Assembly (NCBI GenBank): GCA_951406725.2
Contig: OX597818.1
Span: 107,508,001-107,572,000 of the forward strand
Length of the DNA: 64,000 nucleotides
DNA from: Octopus vulgaris
Lineage: Eukaryota
Direction: 5' to 3'
Shown here: one piece after another, positions 13,119 to 26,143 of the stretch
How positions within the stretch are numbered: position 1 is the stretch's first letter
Layout of the letters: each line of letters starts with the position of its first letter
Made by a program: the position numbers and the translations under genes
Notes under the pieces: generated by a model
What the model saw: the letters and a program-made list of their open reading frames with translations, nothing else
The model's database searches: none
What the model was told of the DNA's origin: nothing

Positions 13119-13222
13119 CTTGTTTTATTTATATTTCCTGAGCACCATACTAATACAATTGTTTGTTTGTTTTCCACCTGCCTTCGTCTTTTGTCTATTT
13201 TCATAAAGCTTCCCGTTATATA

Positions 13223-13258
<36 letters not shown>

Positions 13259-13280
13259 TGTATGTATGTATGTATGTATG

Positions 13281-13325
<45 letters not shown>

Positions 13326-13436
13326 TGGTTGTCTACTCCTTATGCAGAGTTTGACCACTTCCTGTACCTACAAATTAGCACCATCATGTGGCTTTTTAAA
13401 CCAGACAATCTTCTGAAAAAACACCCACATAGATTG

Positions 13437-13493
<57 letters not shown>

Positions 13494-13541
13494 GTATGTA
13501 TATATGCAATGGTTTTTGGTAAGCAGTGTCAATTTTTACCA

Positions 13542-13780
13542 TTCTGTAAATAATATTAATAATATTTTATAAGCTTTAAGCTTATAAGAAATAGTCTAAT
13601 ATTGAGGCATATAAGCCCTCAATGGAAAAAAATTGGTTTTCTGTATGCATGTGATGGAAACCCGATTTTTTTCTGATGAGGTCTTATATACCCCAGTATT
13701 AAGCGATTTTCTTTAATTATCACATGTTGATCACTTATAATTAAGCTTATAAAATATTTTTATTATTATCATTTACAGAA
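13542..13780. repeat. Fold-back inverted repeat, about 240 bp
   Basis: TTCTGTAAATAAT...TTTTATAAGCTT mirrored by AAGCTTATAAAA...ATTTACAGAA; inner arms carry (CTGATGA)GGGCTTATATGCCC-like sequence. Confidence 0.75.
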
Positions 13781-13928
13781 AATATAAATATATGAATATG
13801 AGAAAGACAAATATATAAAGTCAACTGAACCTAAAACCAACTACACTGACTTTAAAGAATTGACTTTCTTAGACATCAATATGCACATACATAAACACAA
13901 ACACACCCAGACACACACACATGTGCAT

Positions 13929-13960
<32 letters not shown>

Positions 13961-14104
13961 TTAATCTAAATTGATAAATGGAGCAGGTAAAATTCAGGCT
14001 ATATATGATTGCTAGGTGACAGAAGCTCAGAAGTAATAATTACTCAATGAGGGGTTGTCCACCAGCTATGCATCAGACCAAGCGAAAAAACAAATTAGAA
14101 AAAC

Positions 14105-14270
14105 AGGAGTGGCTGTGTGGAAAGTAGCTTGCTAACCAAACACATGGTTCCGGGTTCAGTCCCACTGCGTGGCATCTTGGGCAAGTGTCTTCTGCTATAG
14201 CCCTGGGCCGACCAATGCCTTGTGAGTGGATTTGGTAGACGGAAACTGAAAGAAGCCTGTCGTATATATG

Positions 14271-14301
<31 letters not shown>

Positions 14302-14498
14302 TTTTGTGTCCCCCTAGCATTGCTTGACAACCAATGCTGGTGTGTTTACATCCCCGTCACTTAGTGGTTTGGCAAAAGAGACCGATAGAATAAGTACTGG
14401 GCTTACAAAGAATAAGTCCCGGGGTCGATTTGCTCAACTAAAGGCGATGCTCCAGCATGGCCGCAGTCAAATGACTGAAACAAGTAAAAGAGTAAAGA
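14105..14498 (+). mobile_element. SINE family A (tRNA-derived head, internal microsatellite), near full length
   Basis: A-box-like TGGCTGTGTGG, B-box-like GGTTCAGTCCC, CTTGGGCAAGTGTCTT core, tail GAAACAAGTAAAAGAG. Copies: 20063-20412(+), 31836-32332(-), 32467-32725(+), 36678-36842(-), 47096-47452(+), 60251-60420(+); 3' halves at 15925-16102 and 43935-44150. Confidence 0.88.
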
Positions 14499-15357
14499 GA
14501 TATACGAAAAAATAAAACGGTCACAAAAAGAAAAGAAGGTTATAACAAGTGTGATCTCTGCATCACAGAACTGTTATCTATTATGCAATTCAGCGATTGT
14601 CTAAATGAATTGAGTAACCTAATTCTTAATCGTAAATGCAAATAATAGCCACCTCCCCAATTATTCCCTAACCATTCTTTTTGCATTCCCACCCCAATTG
14701 AATCTCTTCTATCTATTTATAATGTACAACTTTTGTCACTATCTTTATGTTTTCTTAACCCTGTGATCTCCTTACATTTTCCACTCTGCACATGAGAACA
14801 TGCAGGTGTGTATGCATGCATGCACACCTATAGAATACTATACAGGTACAGAGAAAGTACACACCTGCACATGGATGTGTGAATATTTGGTTTTACTGTT
14901 AAGCAATAAGCCACCAGTTTACTTCCGACTGTTACGTTCCCCTAATCACTCCTAACTCTATCTTCCATCTTCCTCTCTTTCTGCCCCTTCCTTTCTTCTT
15001 CTCTCCCTGCAAATCCACCTTATCCTCACTCCTAAATATTTGACATCTTCTTTTCCTCTTCTTCTCATTCTTGACAATTGCACTTCTAAAAATTCTTTTC
15101 TTTTCATTCTATATGAATGTATAAGAATCTTGGTTACAACAATATATTTATTTGCCATTGACATAGTAAAATGACTCCAGCTTAATATTCACAATGGCCC
15201 TTTCCTTAGTCAGCATCAATCATATATATATCATCATCATCGTTTAACTGGCATGCATTGGATGGTTTGACTGAGGACTGGCAAGCCAGGAGGCTGCATC
15301 AGGCTCCAATCTGATCTGCCAAGATTTCTACAGCTGGATGTCCTTCTTAATGCCGAT

Positions 15358-15404
<47 letters not shown>

Positions 15405-15693
15405 GATATATATACATATATATAATATATGCATTTAATATTCATTATTAATTATTATTATTTATTATATTACATTATTATAAGAATATAATATAATGTT
15501 TTGTTAGGGAATTTTAGTTTTTGAATTGACAATTATTTATCTCCATTTTCTTTTCCTTTTTATAGATTTAGTATACACCTATGTGAATTGTAAAGTTTTT
15601 CTCTATGAAATTCGGTATCAAACAGTTGAACCAGTGAAAGATTGGATGTTTTCATCACTATTTTCCTTGTACTGGATTTAATTTAAATATATA

Positions 15694-15755
<62 letters not shown>

Positions 15756-15866
15756 TATAGAGAGATAGAGAGATAAAGAGATAGATATAAAGCATGATTT
15801 ATCTGTGATCAGATCTATTCAAAAACCGAGGTATTACTGTATACATATATGCATACATACACACAC

Positions 15867-15920
<54 letters not shown>

Positions 15921-16189
15921 CTTATGTGTGTGTTTGTTCCCCAACACCACTTGACAACCACTGTTGATGTGTTTGCAACTTAGCGATTTGACAATAGAGA
16001 CTAATAGAATAAGTACTGGGCTTAAAAATAAATACTAAGAGTTCAAAGCCATGCTGCCCCAGCATGGTCGCTGTTTAATGAGAGAAACAAGTAAAAGATA
16101 AAGTTTCCTCAAATGAAGTATCATCGTCATCATTGTCATTTATTTCAAAATGTGTAACAGTCTCGTGAAAATTGTAAAGAAATCTCTCT

Positions 16190-16825
16190 CTTCAGAGACC
16201 AGATCTTATATTTGAGCTTTGACATCTCAAATCTAAAATCTTTTCCCTGAAGAAGCTTTATTATAGACCATCAAGCCTCCAGAAACAGCTGTTGGATTTG
16301 TAATACTTTTCCCCCACTCTTTTAATTCTCCATTTCATTTGTAGTCTGTGTAAGTCAGACAATTTTATATTCATACATATATACATTTTTTTGTATTTCA
16401 TGGATTTGATATACTTTATATATTGATCTCCACAAGCTTTATTATAGACCATCAAGCCTCCAGAAACGGCTGTTGGATTTGTAATACTTTTCCCCCACTC
16501 CTTTAATTCTCCATTTCATTTGTAGTCTATGTAAGTCAGACAATTTTATATTCATACATATATACACTTTTTGTATTTCATGGATTTGATATACTTTATA
16601 TATTGATCTCCACAAGCTTTATTATAGACCATCAAGCCTCCAGAAACAGCTGTTGGATTTGTAATACTTTTCCCCCACTCCTTTAATTCTCCATTTCATT
16701 TGTAGTCTGTGTAAGTCAGACAATTTTATATTCATACATATATACATTTTTTGTGTTCATGGATTTGATATACTTTATATATTGATCTGTCTAATTTGCT
16801 TATCCACACATTTACTGCTATATCC
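16190..16825 (+). mobile_element. HHR-bearing module with 3 x ~180-bp tandem repeat, ending at (TA)n
   Basis: Units start at 16253, 16434, 16614. The first is preceded by UCC-CUGAAGA and units carry GAAAC-AGCU-GUU-GGA (unit 2 GGCU). Homologous single copy at about 50085-50375(-). Confidence 0.75.
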
Positions 16826-17740
16826 ATATATATATATAGTCTCTCTTTCATACTAAGAAGGAGAAACAGAAACTAAAGATGGAAAAACATTATTCTTGGA
16901 AAGTAGTATATTTGTTATTTATTTATAGAAAAGCTTACTAATTTGTTTTATATCGATCTTTTGAAAATACATTTGAAGTTATTTATATATATTCAGTATT
17001 TGAGAGAGGAAAGTAAGAATGATTGAAAGAGCGAGAGAAAATGAAGTGGAGTTAGAAAAATACTGAGTAATGTGTGAAGTTAAATTTTTATTAGGATAGA
17101 GACTAAAGGCAAATAGACTGGATATAGATTTGAAATTGATAAAAAAATGAACAACTTTTGTTGATTGATAAGAGTGATGACTTGTATTAATGATTTAACT
17201 ATTAATGCTTATAAACTATAGGTGTGTAATAGATTTGAAAGAGATTAAGGTTAAGTGAAAATCAAGAATAAGTTTTGAAATGTGTTTCTGTAAATAGCTT
17301 AATTGTAGTCAAAAACGATAAACTTTTGTTGAAAAAAAGGAAACTGAAAAATTATACACAATGGAATTGGACAAGGATTGGTTTTTAGATGTTACTAAAT
17401 CTGTTGAGCCTATCTTGGTTTTGGTAAAATAAAAGGAACTGATTGGTGTAAAGGAATATATGATAGTATTTATTTATCTCGAATATATTAAGCATAAAAG
17501 TGCTTTAATAAAGTGTGAAAGAAATATGCATGCTTCAGAGAAAGAAAGAACCTGTGAAAAATGGGTGAAAAATGAGACACAGGAAGAGTAGAGAGTAAAT
17601 AAGGAACATAAATAGCTCTGTGTGTACTTCTAAAAACTGCACTGTAGATAAAACTGTGAGTGTATGTCAAACTATTTTGATAATTAAAGTTAGGTGGCAC
17701 AAAGCAAGAAACGTATGCCTTCAGTATATACACAGAAAAA

Positions 17741-17960
17741 GTCAGCAAGCTGACAGAAATGTTAGCAGGCTGGGCAAAATGCTTTGTGGTTTTTCGTCTG
17801 TCTTTACATTCTGAGTTCACATTTCACTGAGGTCAACTTTGCCTTTCATCTTTTCAGGGTCAATAAATTGAGTACCAGTTGTATACTGGGATCGATCTAA
17901 TCGACTGGCCCCGCCACTTCCCCAAAATTTTGGGCCTTCTGCCTAGAGTAGAAAAGAATA
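17741..17960 (+). mobile_element. SINE family B copy
   Basis: Matches 6266-6462 and includes the longer head. Confidence 0.8.
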
Positions 17961-20062
17961 TATACACAGAGAAATTCATACAAATATGCAATGTCTAAAT
18001 GTGATATAAATGTTACAGAAATGCAAACACTTTTGAAGCACACACAAACAACCGAACCACCTCAAGAGTATTCTTAACAACTTAATGTAAGATATTTTTG
18101 TTACACTTTCTAATGTTTTAGCTAACAAACACTTTTCTACAGATTCATTCCAGTATCACACTGAAGCCCTTTTTGGAAACAATTTTAAATATAAAATGAA
18201 GCACATTGAAGATACTACAAGATGTGCAAACCATAGAGACTAGAAAACAAACATTAGCTAATTTATTCTTCTCTTTATTATAGTGGTAAAGTTTTCTTTG
18301 GTCTACTTAAGAACTAATTTCTACAACAGCATTAAAACTCAAAAATCATCAATAGTATATTAATATTTGTTATTCTACTAACATTAAAATCATTGCTTCA
18401 TCCAGCTGTCCAATTAGAACCACTTGTAATTAAAATTCCATTATCTTCAACATTTGTCTCCTAAATATTATCTGTTTATTCAGAAGAAAAAATATTAGAA
18501 AATTTTTATATGTACCTGTGTTCATTGTTTAAAAAAGTTTGGCTGTTATTCCATCTTCCTTTTTGCATGTAACACACATTTACTCATTTTGTGTAAGCAA
18601 TCTCCAAATTTCAACCAACTTACTTTCACCATGTGGATGGTGATAATGGCAGTTCTAAAACTTTGCTCCCAGCAGAGAGAAAGAAGGGAGTTTTTGGTGT
18701 AAGTAGCTGTTTACACATTTGAAATTATTACAGTTGCTTCAGTAATTTTATATCAGAAAGTAGTTTCTAACACATATTATTCAATTCACATACATTTGTC
18801 TCACCACTAATCCATTTAAATTCTGTCTCAACCACCATAAAAATACATTTTGAAACCCACACTAAAGAACTCACACCTCACTTTCCAATGACCTCTGTGA
18901 GTTAGAATTTAAGAATAAGCAATATAACATAGAAGATTTGGTCTAAAGTAAAACTATCATTGGAAAAGACTTTGCAGCCTCTGTGTAAATGAGAATCTCA
19001 AGATTGTTTCTGGCAAAGCTCACACTGTAATCTTATACTTCATTCCTTGCTAGTATTCATGCTTCCTACCAAGTCATTCTTGTTCTCCCTATGTGTATGT
19101 GTATGTATATGCTTGTATATGTTGTAATGACATGCTTCAATCCATTTTTTTCTCTAAAGCACTAAAGTGTTCAGGTCTCACCTTCAGAGTGCATGCGCAC
19201 ACATACACATAATAAATTTATTATATATGAATGCGTGTGTGTGTGTGTGTGTGTATGAAGCTCTCTTGGTTCTCCCACCCACCAAATCAGCCCAATAACC
19301 TTCTGCCAATCAAAACGCTCATTCTGACCTGGGGTGGAGGAAGCTTCTGCTATTCTTTAACAAATCTGTGGGGAAAGCAGCTGATTTTTTAAAAAAAAGA
19401 TACCCTGATGCAAAACTTGTAGTCAAAAGGGTACCAATCATGTTGCAGAGTCTGTAACTGGAACCTACAATGGCAACTGAGAGAATGGCACAAGATATTG
19501 TCAGTCAAATCCAGTGATGTACAGAAGATGTGTCACTAGCATTGCATTTCTTGGTCTCTTGTATATTTTATAAAATTTTATGGCAATGTTGAATTGTGTA
19601 GTCATCTCCGTGCACAAATAAGAATGAAAATAATTCAGAGCAATCAGGCTAAATGGGAGATGGCTATCATAAGACAAGATGACACAATCAGTGAGTGTGT
19701 ATGTAAGCATGTACATATGTTTATATGTATGTATGTATGTATATATATATATATATATATGTCATCATCATCATCATCGTTTAACGTCTGTTTTCCATGC
19801 TAGCATGGGTTGGATGGTTCGAGGGAGGCCAGGAGGCTGCACCAGGCTCCAATCTTGATCTAGCTGTGTTTCTACAGCTGGATGCCCTTCCTAACACAAA
19901 CCACTCCGTGAGAGTAGTGGGTGCTTTTTACATGCCACCGGCACAGGGGCCAGAGCAGGCTGGCAAACGGCCACGATTGGTTGGTGCTTTTACGTGTCAC
20001 TGACATGGATTACGTGTCACCATATATATGTATATATATATATATATGTATATTATAGGTAT

Positions 20063-20220
20063 AGGAGTGGCTGTGTGGTAAGTAGCCTGCTTACCAGCCA
20101 CATGGCTCTGGGTTCAGTCCCACTGTGTAGCACCTTGGGAAAATGTCTCCTACTATAGCCTTGGGCTCACCAAAGCCTTGTGAGTGGATTTGGTAGACGG
20201 AAACTGACAGAAGCCCGTCG

Positions 20221-20290
<70 letters not shown>

Positions 20291-20412
20291 TGTGTATATG
20301 TTTGTGTGTCTGTGTTTGTCCCCCAACATCGCTTGGCAACCGATGCTGGTGTGCTAATGTCCCCGTAACTTAGTGGTTCGGCAATTGAGACCGATAGAAT
20401 AAGTACTGGGCT
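20063..20412 (+). mobile_element. SINE family A copy, joined to a family E 3' part (20412-20640)
   Basis: Matches 14105-14400, then switches to CTTGAGCAAGACACTT. Confidence 0.8.
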
Positions 20413-21062
20413 CTTGAGCAAGACACTTTATTTCCTGTTGTGAAATGAGTTGCGATGTCACTGGTGCCAATCTGTATCAGCCCCTTTGCTTTTCCCTTGG
20501 ATAACATCGGTGGAGTGGAGAGGGAAGGCTGGTATGCATGGGTGACTGCTGGTCTTCCATAAAACATCCTTGCCTGGACTTGTGCCTTAGAGGGTAACTT
20601 TCCAGGTGCAATCCCATGGTCAGTCATGACCAAAGGGCGTCCCTGATAATTTCACAGATTTGTTTGTTTAATAAGTCATTTGATGTAAGATCTTGTGTTG
20701 CGACAGAAACCGATCTTTATAGAACCATCGCAGCCATTTAAGGAAATACAAAACTTTTATATCCATTTTTAGTTTATTTCCTCAGAGTTCTGGCTATAAT
20801 AAAGTGTTAGAATGTTGCATCTCACTTCTGCAATCGAAACTAAGTTATTTTGCTCTTTATATTATTAAGATATAAATGAAAAGTCAGTAAGAACTTTGCT
20901 ATGTATGGAAATGGTTAAATTTATCCTGGCATAATGTAATTGTTATACAAGATATATATCGTTGTAATCAACTTAGATCGAGCATAACCATGAGCTGAAA
21001 GAATTTCCAGCTTTGACCATCCAATCATTTCCACAGACATAATGTATGTTCAACTTCATAAT

Positions 21063-21448
21063 GTCATGACGATGACGATGGTGGTGGTGGTGGTGATGGG
21101 GATGATGATGGTGGTGGTGATGATGATGATGTTGAAGATAATGATAGTGATAATGACTGTGATGATGACAATGATAATGATAATGACTATGATGATGAGG
21201 ATTATGGTGGTGGTGGTGTTAATGATGATGATGGTTTTGATGATGGTTGTAGTGGTGGTGGTAATGGTAATGATGATGAGGATGATGGTGAGGAGAAGGA
21301 TAATGATGATGGTGGTGATGGTTGTAGTGGTGTTAATGACAATGTTGGTGATGATGATGGTTGTAGTGGTGGTGGTGGTGGTGGTGATGAGGGTGAGGAG
21401 AAGGATGATGATGATGACAATGACGACGATGACGATGACGACGACAAC

Positions 21449-21485
<37 letters not shown>
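21063..21485. repeat. Long compound ATG/GTG trinucleotide tract
   Basis: Direct reading; poly-M/V ORF is an artefact. Confidence 0.92.
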
Positions 21486-22198
21486 CAGGAGCCGATGAGA
21501 AAGGGGGAAGAGGAAGATGGATGCTTCATCTTTTTTTATTTATTCTGGGGATAAGATTTTCAATTCATTTCCTTCATAACATCTGGTAAGTGTGACACGT
21601 GTCTCTCCTGATGGGTTGAAACCTGATACATGAGGCAGATGGTGATTTGAGTCTGGTCCACATATGTGATAGGTGGGCAAAGACAATTAGACTGTCTCAT
21701 CATTCACCCTTATTATTATTATTATTATTATTATTATCATTATTAGCAGCAGCATCATTAGTACCACTATCATGGATATTTACGCCAACTTTATCTTTAT
21801 TGGTATTCATTTTAATAAAATGGAATATACGGAGAAGAAAACCAGGCTAAGCAGGATTTTAAATACATGCTTTCATATTTAAAAATCGTTATTTGCTACA
21901 GGGAAATATCATATGTGGTTGTTAAATTTTTACCAAATGGCAATCAAGTTTAAGAGCTGGGTACTTCTAATAATAGTTCTTTTGAAAGTTCCTTAATTCT
22001 GATCACTTTTCTAAATTCATGTATTTAGGCATAAATAATATCAATAAAATAATGTAAAATCTGTGATATCAGAGAGAAATCTGTATCTCACATAAAATTG
22101 GGCAAATCATACATTTAAACATATATATATGTGTGTTGCATGTAAATATATATATATGTAAACATTCATAGATATATATTTATATATTCATATATAAA

Positions 22199-22241
<43 letters not shown>

Positions 22242-22261
22242 TCATATATCAATGTAAATAT

Positions 22262-22295
<34 letters not shown>

Positions 22296-22554
22296 TTGCA
22301 CTCACACACATGTTTATGTATCTATAAGTGTATATAGACATACATTATTGTTTGATAATTTGTTAAGAATAATACTTGCTGGGCTGCAGGCTGTATGTTA
22401 CTTTTCATAGCTCATCTAAAACATTTTTTGTTGAGCTTTGAAAATAGTGAAATGAGCCACCAGATATTATTCTTAATAAATTATCATACAATTAGGTGTA
22501 TCTGTTCAGACACACAAAGATGTACGTATCTATGCATATATAAATGTATAGCTG

Positions 22555-22657
22555 AAATTTATTGAAAAACAAAAGATGAAGGTTTGTGAACAACCAAGTG
22601 TGTTGGTTTGATGCTCAGGAAAAATGAAAATGTCTTTTGCATTTCGAGCCTACGCTC
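22555..22657 (-). mobile_element. Truncated solo 3' end of the 11321-13216 PLE family
   Basis: Minus strand GAGCGTAGGCTCGAAATGCAAAAGAC plus downstream similarity to 13120-13205. Confidence 0.65.
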
Positions 22658-22766
22658 ACCTTACTCTCTCTCTCTCTCTCTCTTTCTCCATATATATATA
22701 TATGCGTGTGCATGTGCATGTGTGTGTATATATATATACTTATATATATAAATACATACATATATA

Positions 22767-22799
<33 letters not shown>

Positions 22800-22878
22800 A
22801 TATAATGTGGCATATAAAATGATATAATATATATATGTATATGTGAAATATATATGTGTATGTGTGTGCATATATATG

Positions 22879-22910
<32 letters not shown>

Positions 22911-23494
22911 ATATGTATAGATGTGTATGTATAAATATAAAAATACATATATATATATTCATACATATATGTATATATATACACACACATGTATATAAGT
23001 ATGCATACATATAAATATAAGATAATATATATTATATAATATGGGAGTCTAACTGATTTAACCCAGGAGAGCATAAAAAACAATAAAAGTATTTATTTAG
23101 ATTGAGCTGACCAAAGACGAATAAGAGATGAATCATCACCATCATCGTTGTCATCATCATCATCATCATCAGTATCATCATCATCATCATCATCAACATC
23201 AATATTCAACTCAGAAGTAAAATGTCTTGTTTGAAATTAGTTTTTTTTTTGTTTGCTTGTTTGGTTTTGGTTTTTGAGAAAATCAAATGAAATTAGTAGA
23301 TAGAAAGAATGAGAAAGTAAAAGGAAAAGGAAAATAAATTAAAGAAAAGCTGGATAAAATAAAATAAAATAAAAATGAAAGACATGGAGAACGAAAGAAA
23401 GAAAAGAAGAAATAAGTGGAAGCGAATAAAAAAATAGACTGAGAAAGAAATAATGGTTCATAAAGGGTGAAATAAAATGAGGGGTGAAATAGAG

Positions 23495-23543
<49 letters not shown>

Positions 23544-23855
23544 AAAGAGAAAAGAAAAAAGCAAAAGGAACAAGGAAATATGAAAGAAAAAATATAAAAG
23601 TCAGAAAATGGAATGGGAAAGAAAATACATAAGAAAAAAAAACATATTCATAGTCTTGAGAATTATGGTTTGAGAAATATATTCCTTGTGATTGTTGTTG
23701 TTGTTGTTGCTTTTTATGTTTATCGTCAAGCAATTGTTGACAATCTTCATACACCCACATACACACATATGCATGGATATAAATATATATAAGTGTGTCT
23801 GAGGTCATATAGATATACATAAACAAACATGAGTATGTGTGTGTGTATAATATTA

Positions 23856-23893
<38 letters not shown>

Positions 23894-25817
23894 CATACAT
23901 ACATACATATAGATATAGATATAAATAGATAGATACACACGGACACACACACACATATATACCAAATTCTAATTTCCAAATATATTCTTTAGATATTGCT
24001 AAACCCCAAAATTGATTCCAAACCATTTAGCTGAAAGTAACTTGAGAAGAAGAAAACATTATTATTGGATAGAAAAAAAATATTTTGTAGTAGCAGCAGC
24101 AGCAGCAGCAGTAGTGATGATAATATTAATGATAACAATAAACTTGTGATAACAATAGGAATTAAAATAAAAGCTATGTTTTTATTTCATGTTTTATTTT
24201 CTTTCTTTCCTTCATTCATTCTGTATACTGGTTTGATTCTCTTTCCTTCTTTCTTTCTTTCTCTCTTTCTCTTTCTTACTTTCTCTCTCTTTCTTACTTT
24301 CTCTCATTCTTTTTTTCTTTCTTTCTCTCTTTCTTTCTTTCTTTCTTTTAAGAGAAAAGACGAATTATTCTGATTTCAGACAAGACATTTTATATATTTG
24401 AGTCCAATATTGACAATGATGATGATAATAGCAATGACAATGATGACGACGACGACGACGGCGATGATGAAAATGAAGAAGAAACTTGTCTTCTCTTTAT
24501 TTCTGGAGGACCTTCTTTGTTTGCTTAGTAACATCCAAGATGCTGAAACAATCGCTTCCCTAACAGCTGCTGCTTTCAAACATTTAAGGTTTTCAAATAA
24601 CACCAAAAATACGCCAAACAAATTTCTATTGTTTATTCCAGTTATTCATGGAGGCTCTTCATACCATCACATGTTGCAAGCCTTTGTCTCACCATCCATT
24701 ATGGCAAGCGTGACAACTGAGAAAACCCAGTCTACTCTGTTCTTGTATATGTCTAACAGCATGGATTCAAGGAATTCTATTGTGCTACCATCACTAGAGA
24801 CATTGTCTTTGATTAGACTCATCAGGCCCTTCTTTGTCGGTTCTAATACAGACTTATGGCTCTTCCAGATGGAAGGATTGTGGTGAAGCTTCCAGAGTCT
24901 CATTCATGCATTCAAAGTTTTGGTTGACTCTCTATACCTGGTCATCCTTCTTATGGGTGTGTCCCTCCCCAGAATGTGTGTGTGTGTGTGTGTATGGGTC
25001 TGATAGTGCATGACCTACTGGCTAAGGTTTTGCACCGACACTCACCAGATCGGCAGTGCAATTCCTGGACTAAGTGGCACATTTGTTCTTGAGAAAAACA
25101 CATCATTTTGCACTGCTTCAGTCCACTCAACTGCAAATGGGTGACCCTGGACTGAATAGCTTTTTGATCAGTGGGGAAGAAGGTTGGCCTTGCTCCTACC
25201 TTTGCCAGCAGGATGCAATTTCACTTGGCTATTAAGGGTTAAACTGGCCATTGTAATCCTGTCAGCTCAGAAATAATGGGAGATATTGAGTTTGGTGGTT
25301 TTAGTAATATCTGTGTGTCCCTATTGAAAAATAGAAAGTTGTCCTTGTGAAAGACAAAGTATTCGGAATTTATGTGCATGAAGCTTTGGAAATCAAAAAA
25401 AACAAAAACCTTTGGATTCTTGATCCCCTAAAACTCTTACATCAACACTTTTACAAAGCTTGACCAACAAATCTCTTTTCCTTAAGGAGCACAATATCCA
25501 ATTTTTCTTCCTCAGACTCAGTGCAAACCATTGGGTATTCAGTCTCAGATGTGTATTTCAGACGGTTCTAAGTGGCAAACAGTACTACTTGAAGTTAACC
25601 ACATGCTTCTCAAGCACAGCCTGGTGTTCTTTTTACCATTTTCTAAATTTTTCCCCATCCAAAAGGCATACTATTTACATTCTTATTCTTACATACATAT
25701 GCCATGTATGTATGACTGTATACCTTCTCATTCTCATTTTAATTTAGTATAAATTTTGATGAGCCATTTGCTTGGTAGCAAATTGTAAAGGAAAGCATCT
25801 TGTTTTAGCTGTCATCT

Positions 25818-26100
25818 TTAAAATTGGAAGAAGGGTTTACTGCTTTTTATAGTCCCAGACACCGTGATCATTTGTAGTGTATAAATTAAGGATTTGCATT
25901 CTCTCCTCAAGAACCCAGGTTTAGGCATACTTTGCTCCAGATGGGTTGGTATGTATCCTGTTTGTCCAATAACATCAGGTATGCAACTTAAAGTGTACCA
26001 TGGGTACTCGATTTGCAAACTTCTTATTAATGGTCCACAAATGTCCTCTTTCTCTTGTATTTTTCTAACCACACTGGTATCTTGATGGCAGCTGATTTCT
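25818..26100 (-). pseudogene. C-terminus of an RLE-type (R4/Dong/NeSL-like) non-LTR retrotransposon
   Basis: EISCHQDTSVVRKIQEKEDICGPLIRSLQ...IPDVIGQTGYIP...LQMITVSGTIK resembles the restriction-like endonuclease tail (EKxxxY, IPIVIGAxG, LQxxxxxGT). Confidence 0.6.
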
Positions 26101-26109
26101 AGCTGTATG

Positions 26110-26143
<34 letters not shown>

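Larger units (their letters stand above)
11321..13216 (+). mobile_element. 5'-truncated Penelope-like element (Neptune-type) inserted in (TA)n
   Basis: Flanked by (TA)n on both sides; RT-GIY-YIG frame, then C/T-rich 3' region, an internal tandem duplication (about 12635-12915) and an HHR-like motif at 13081-13118. Confidence 0.9.

Noticed and set aside
14105-14180. tRNA gene
   Set aside because: A/B-box-like head of a multi-copy SINE with no complete cloverleaf
21042-21554. 170-aa Met/Val ORF with nearby GTAAGT donor
   Set aside because: Trinucleotide low complexity; an isolated donor motif is not evidence
24380-24903. Possible acidic exon after TTTCAG and overlapping 162-aa and 78-aa ORFs
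   Set aside because: Driven by a GAT/GAC repeat, no recognisable domain and no paired splice sites
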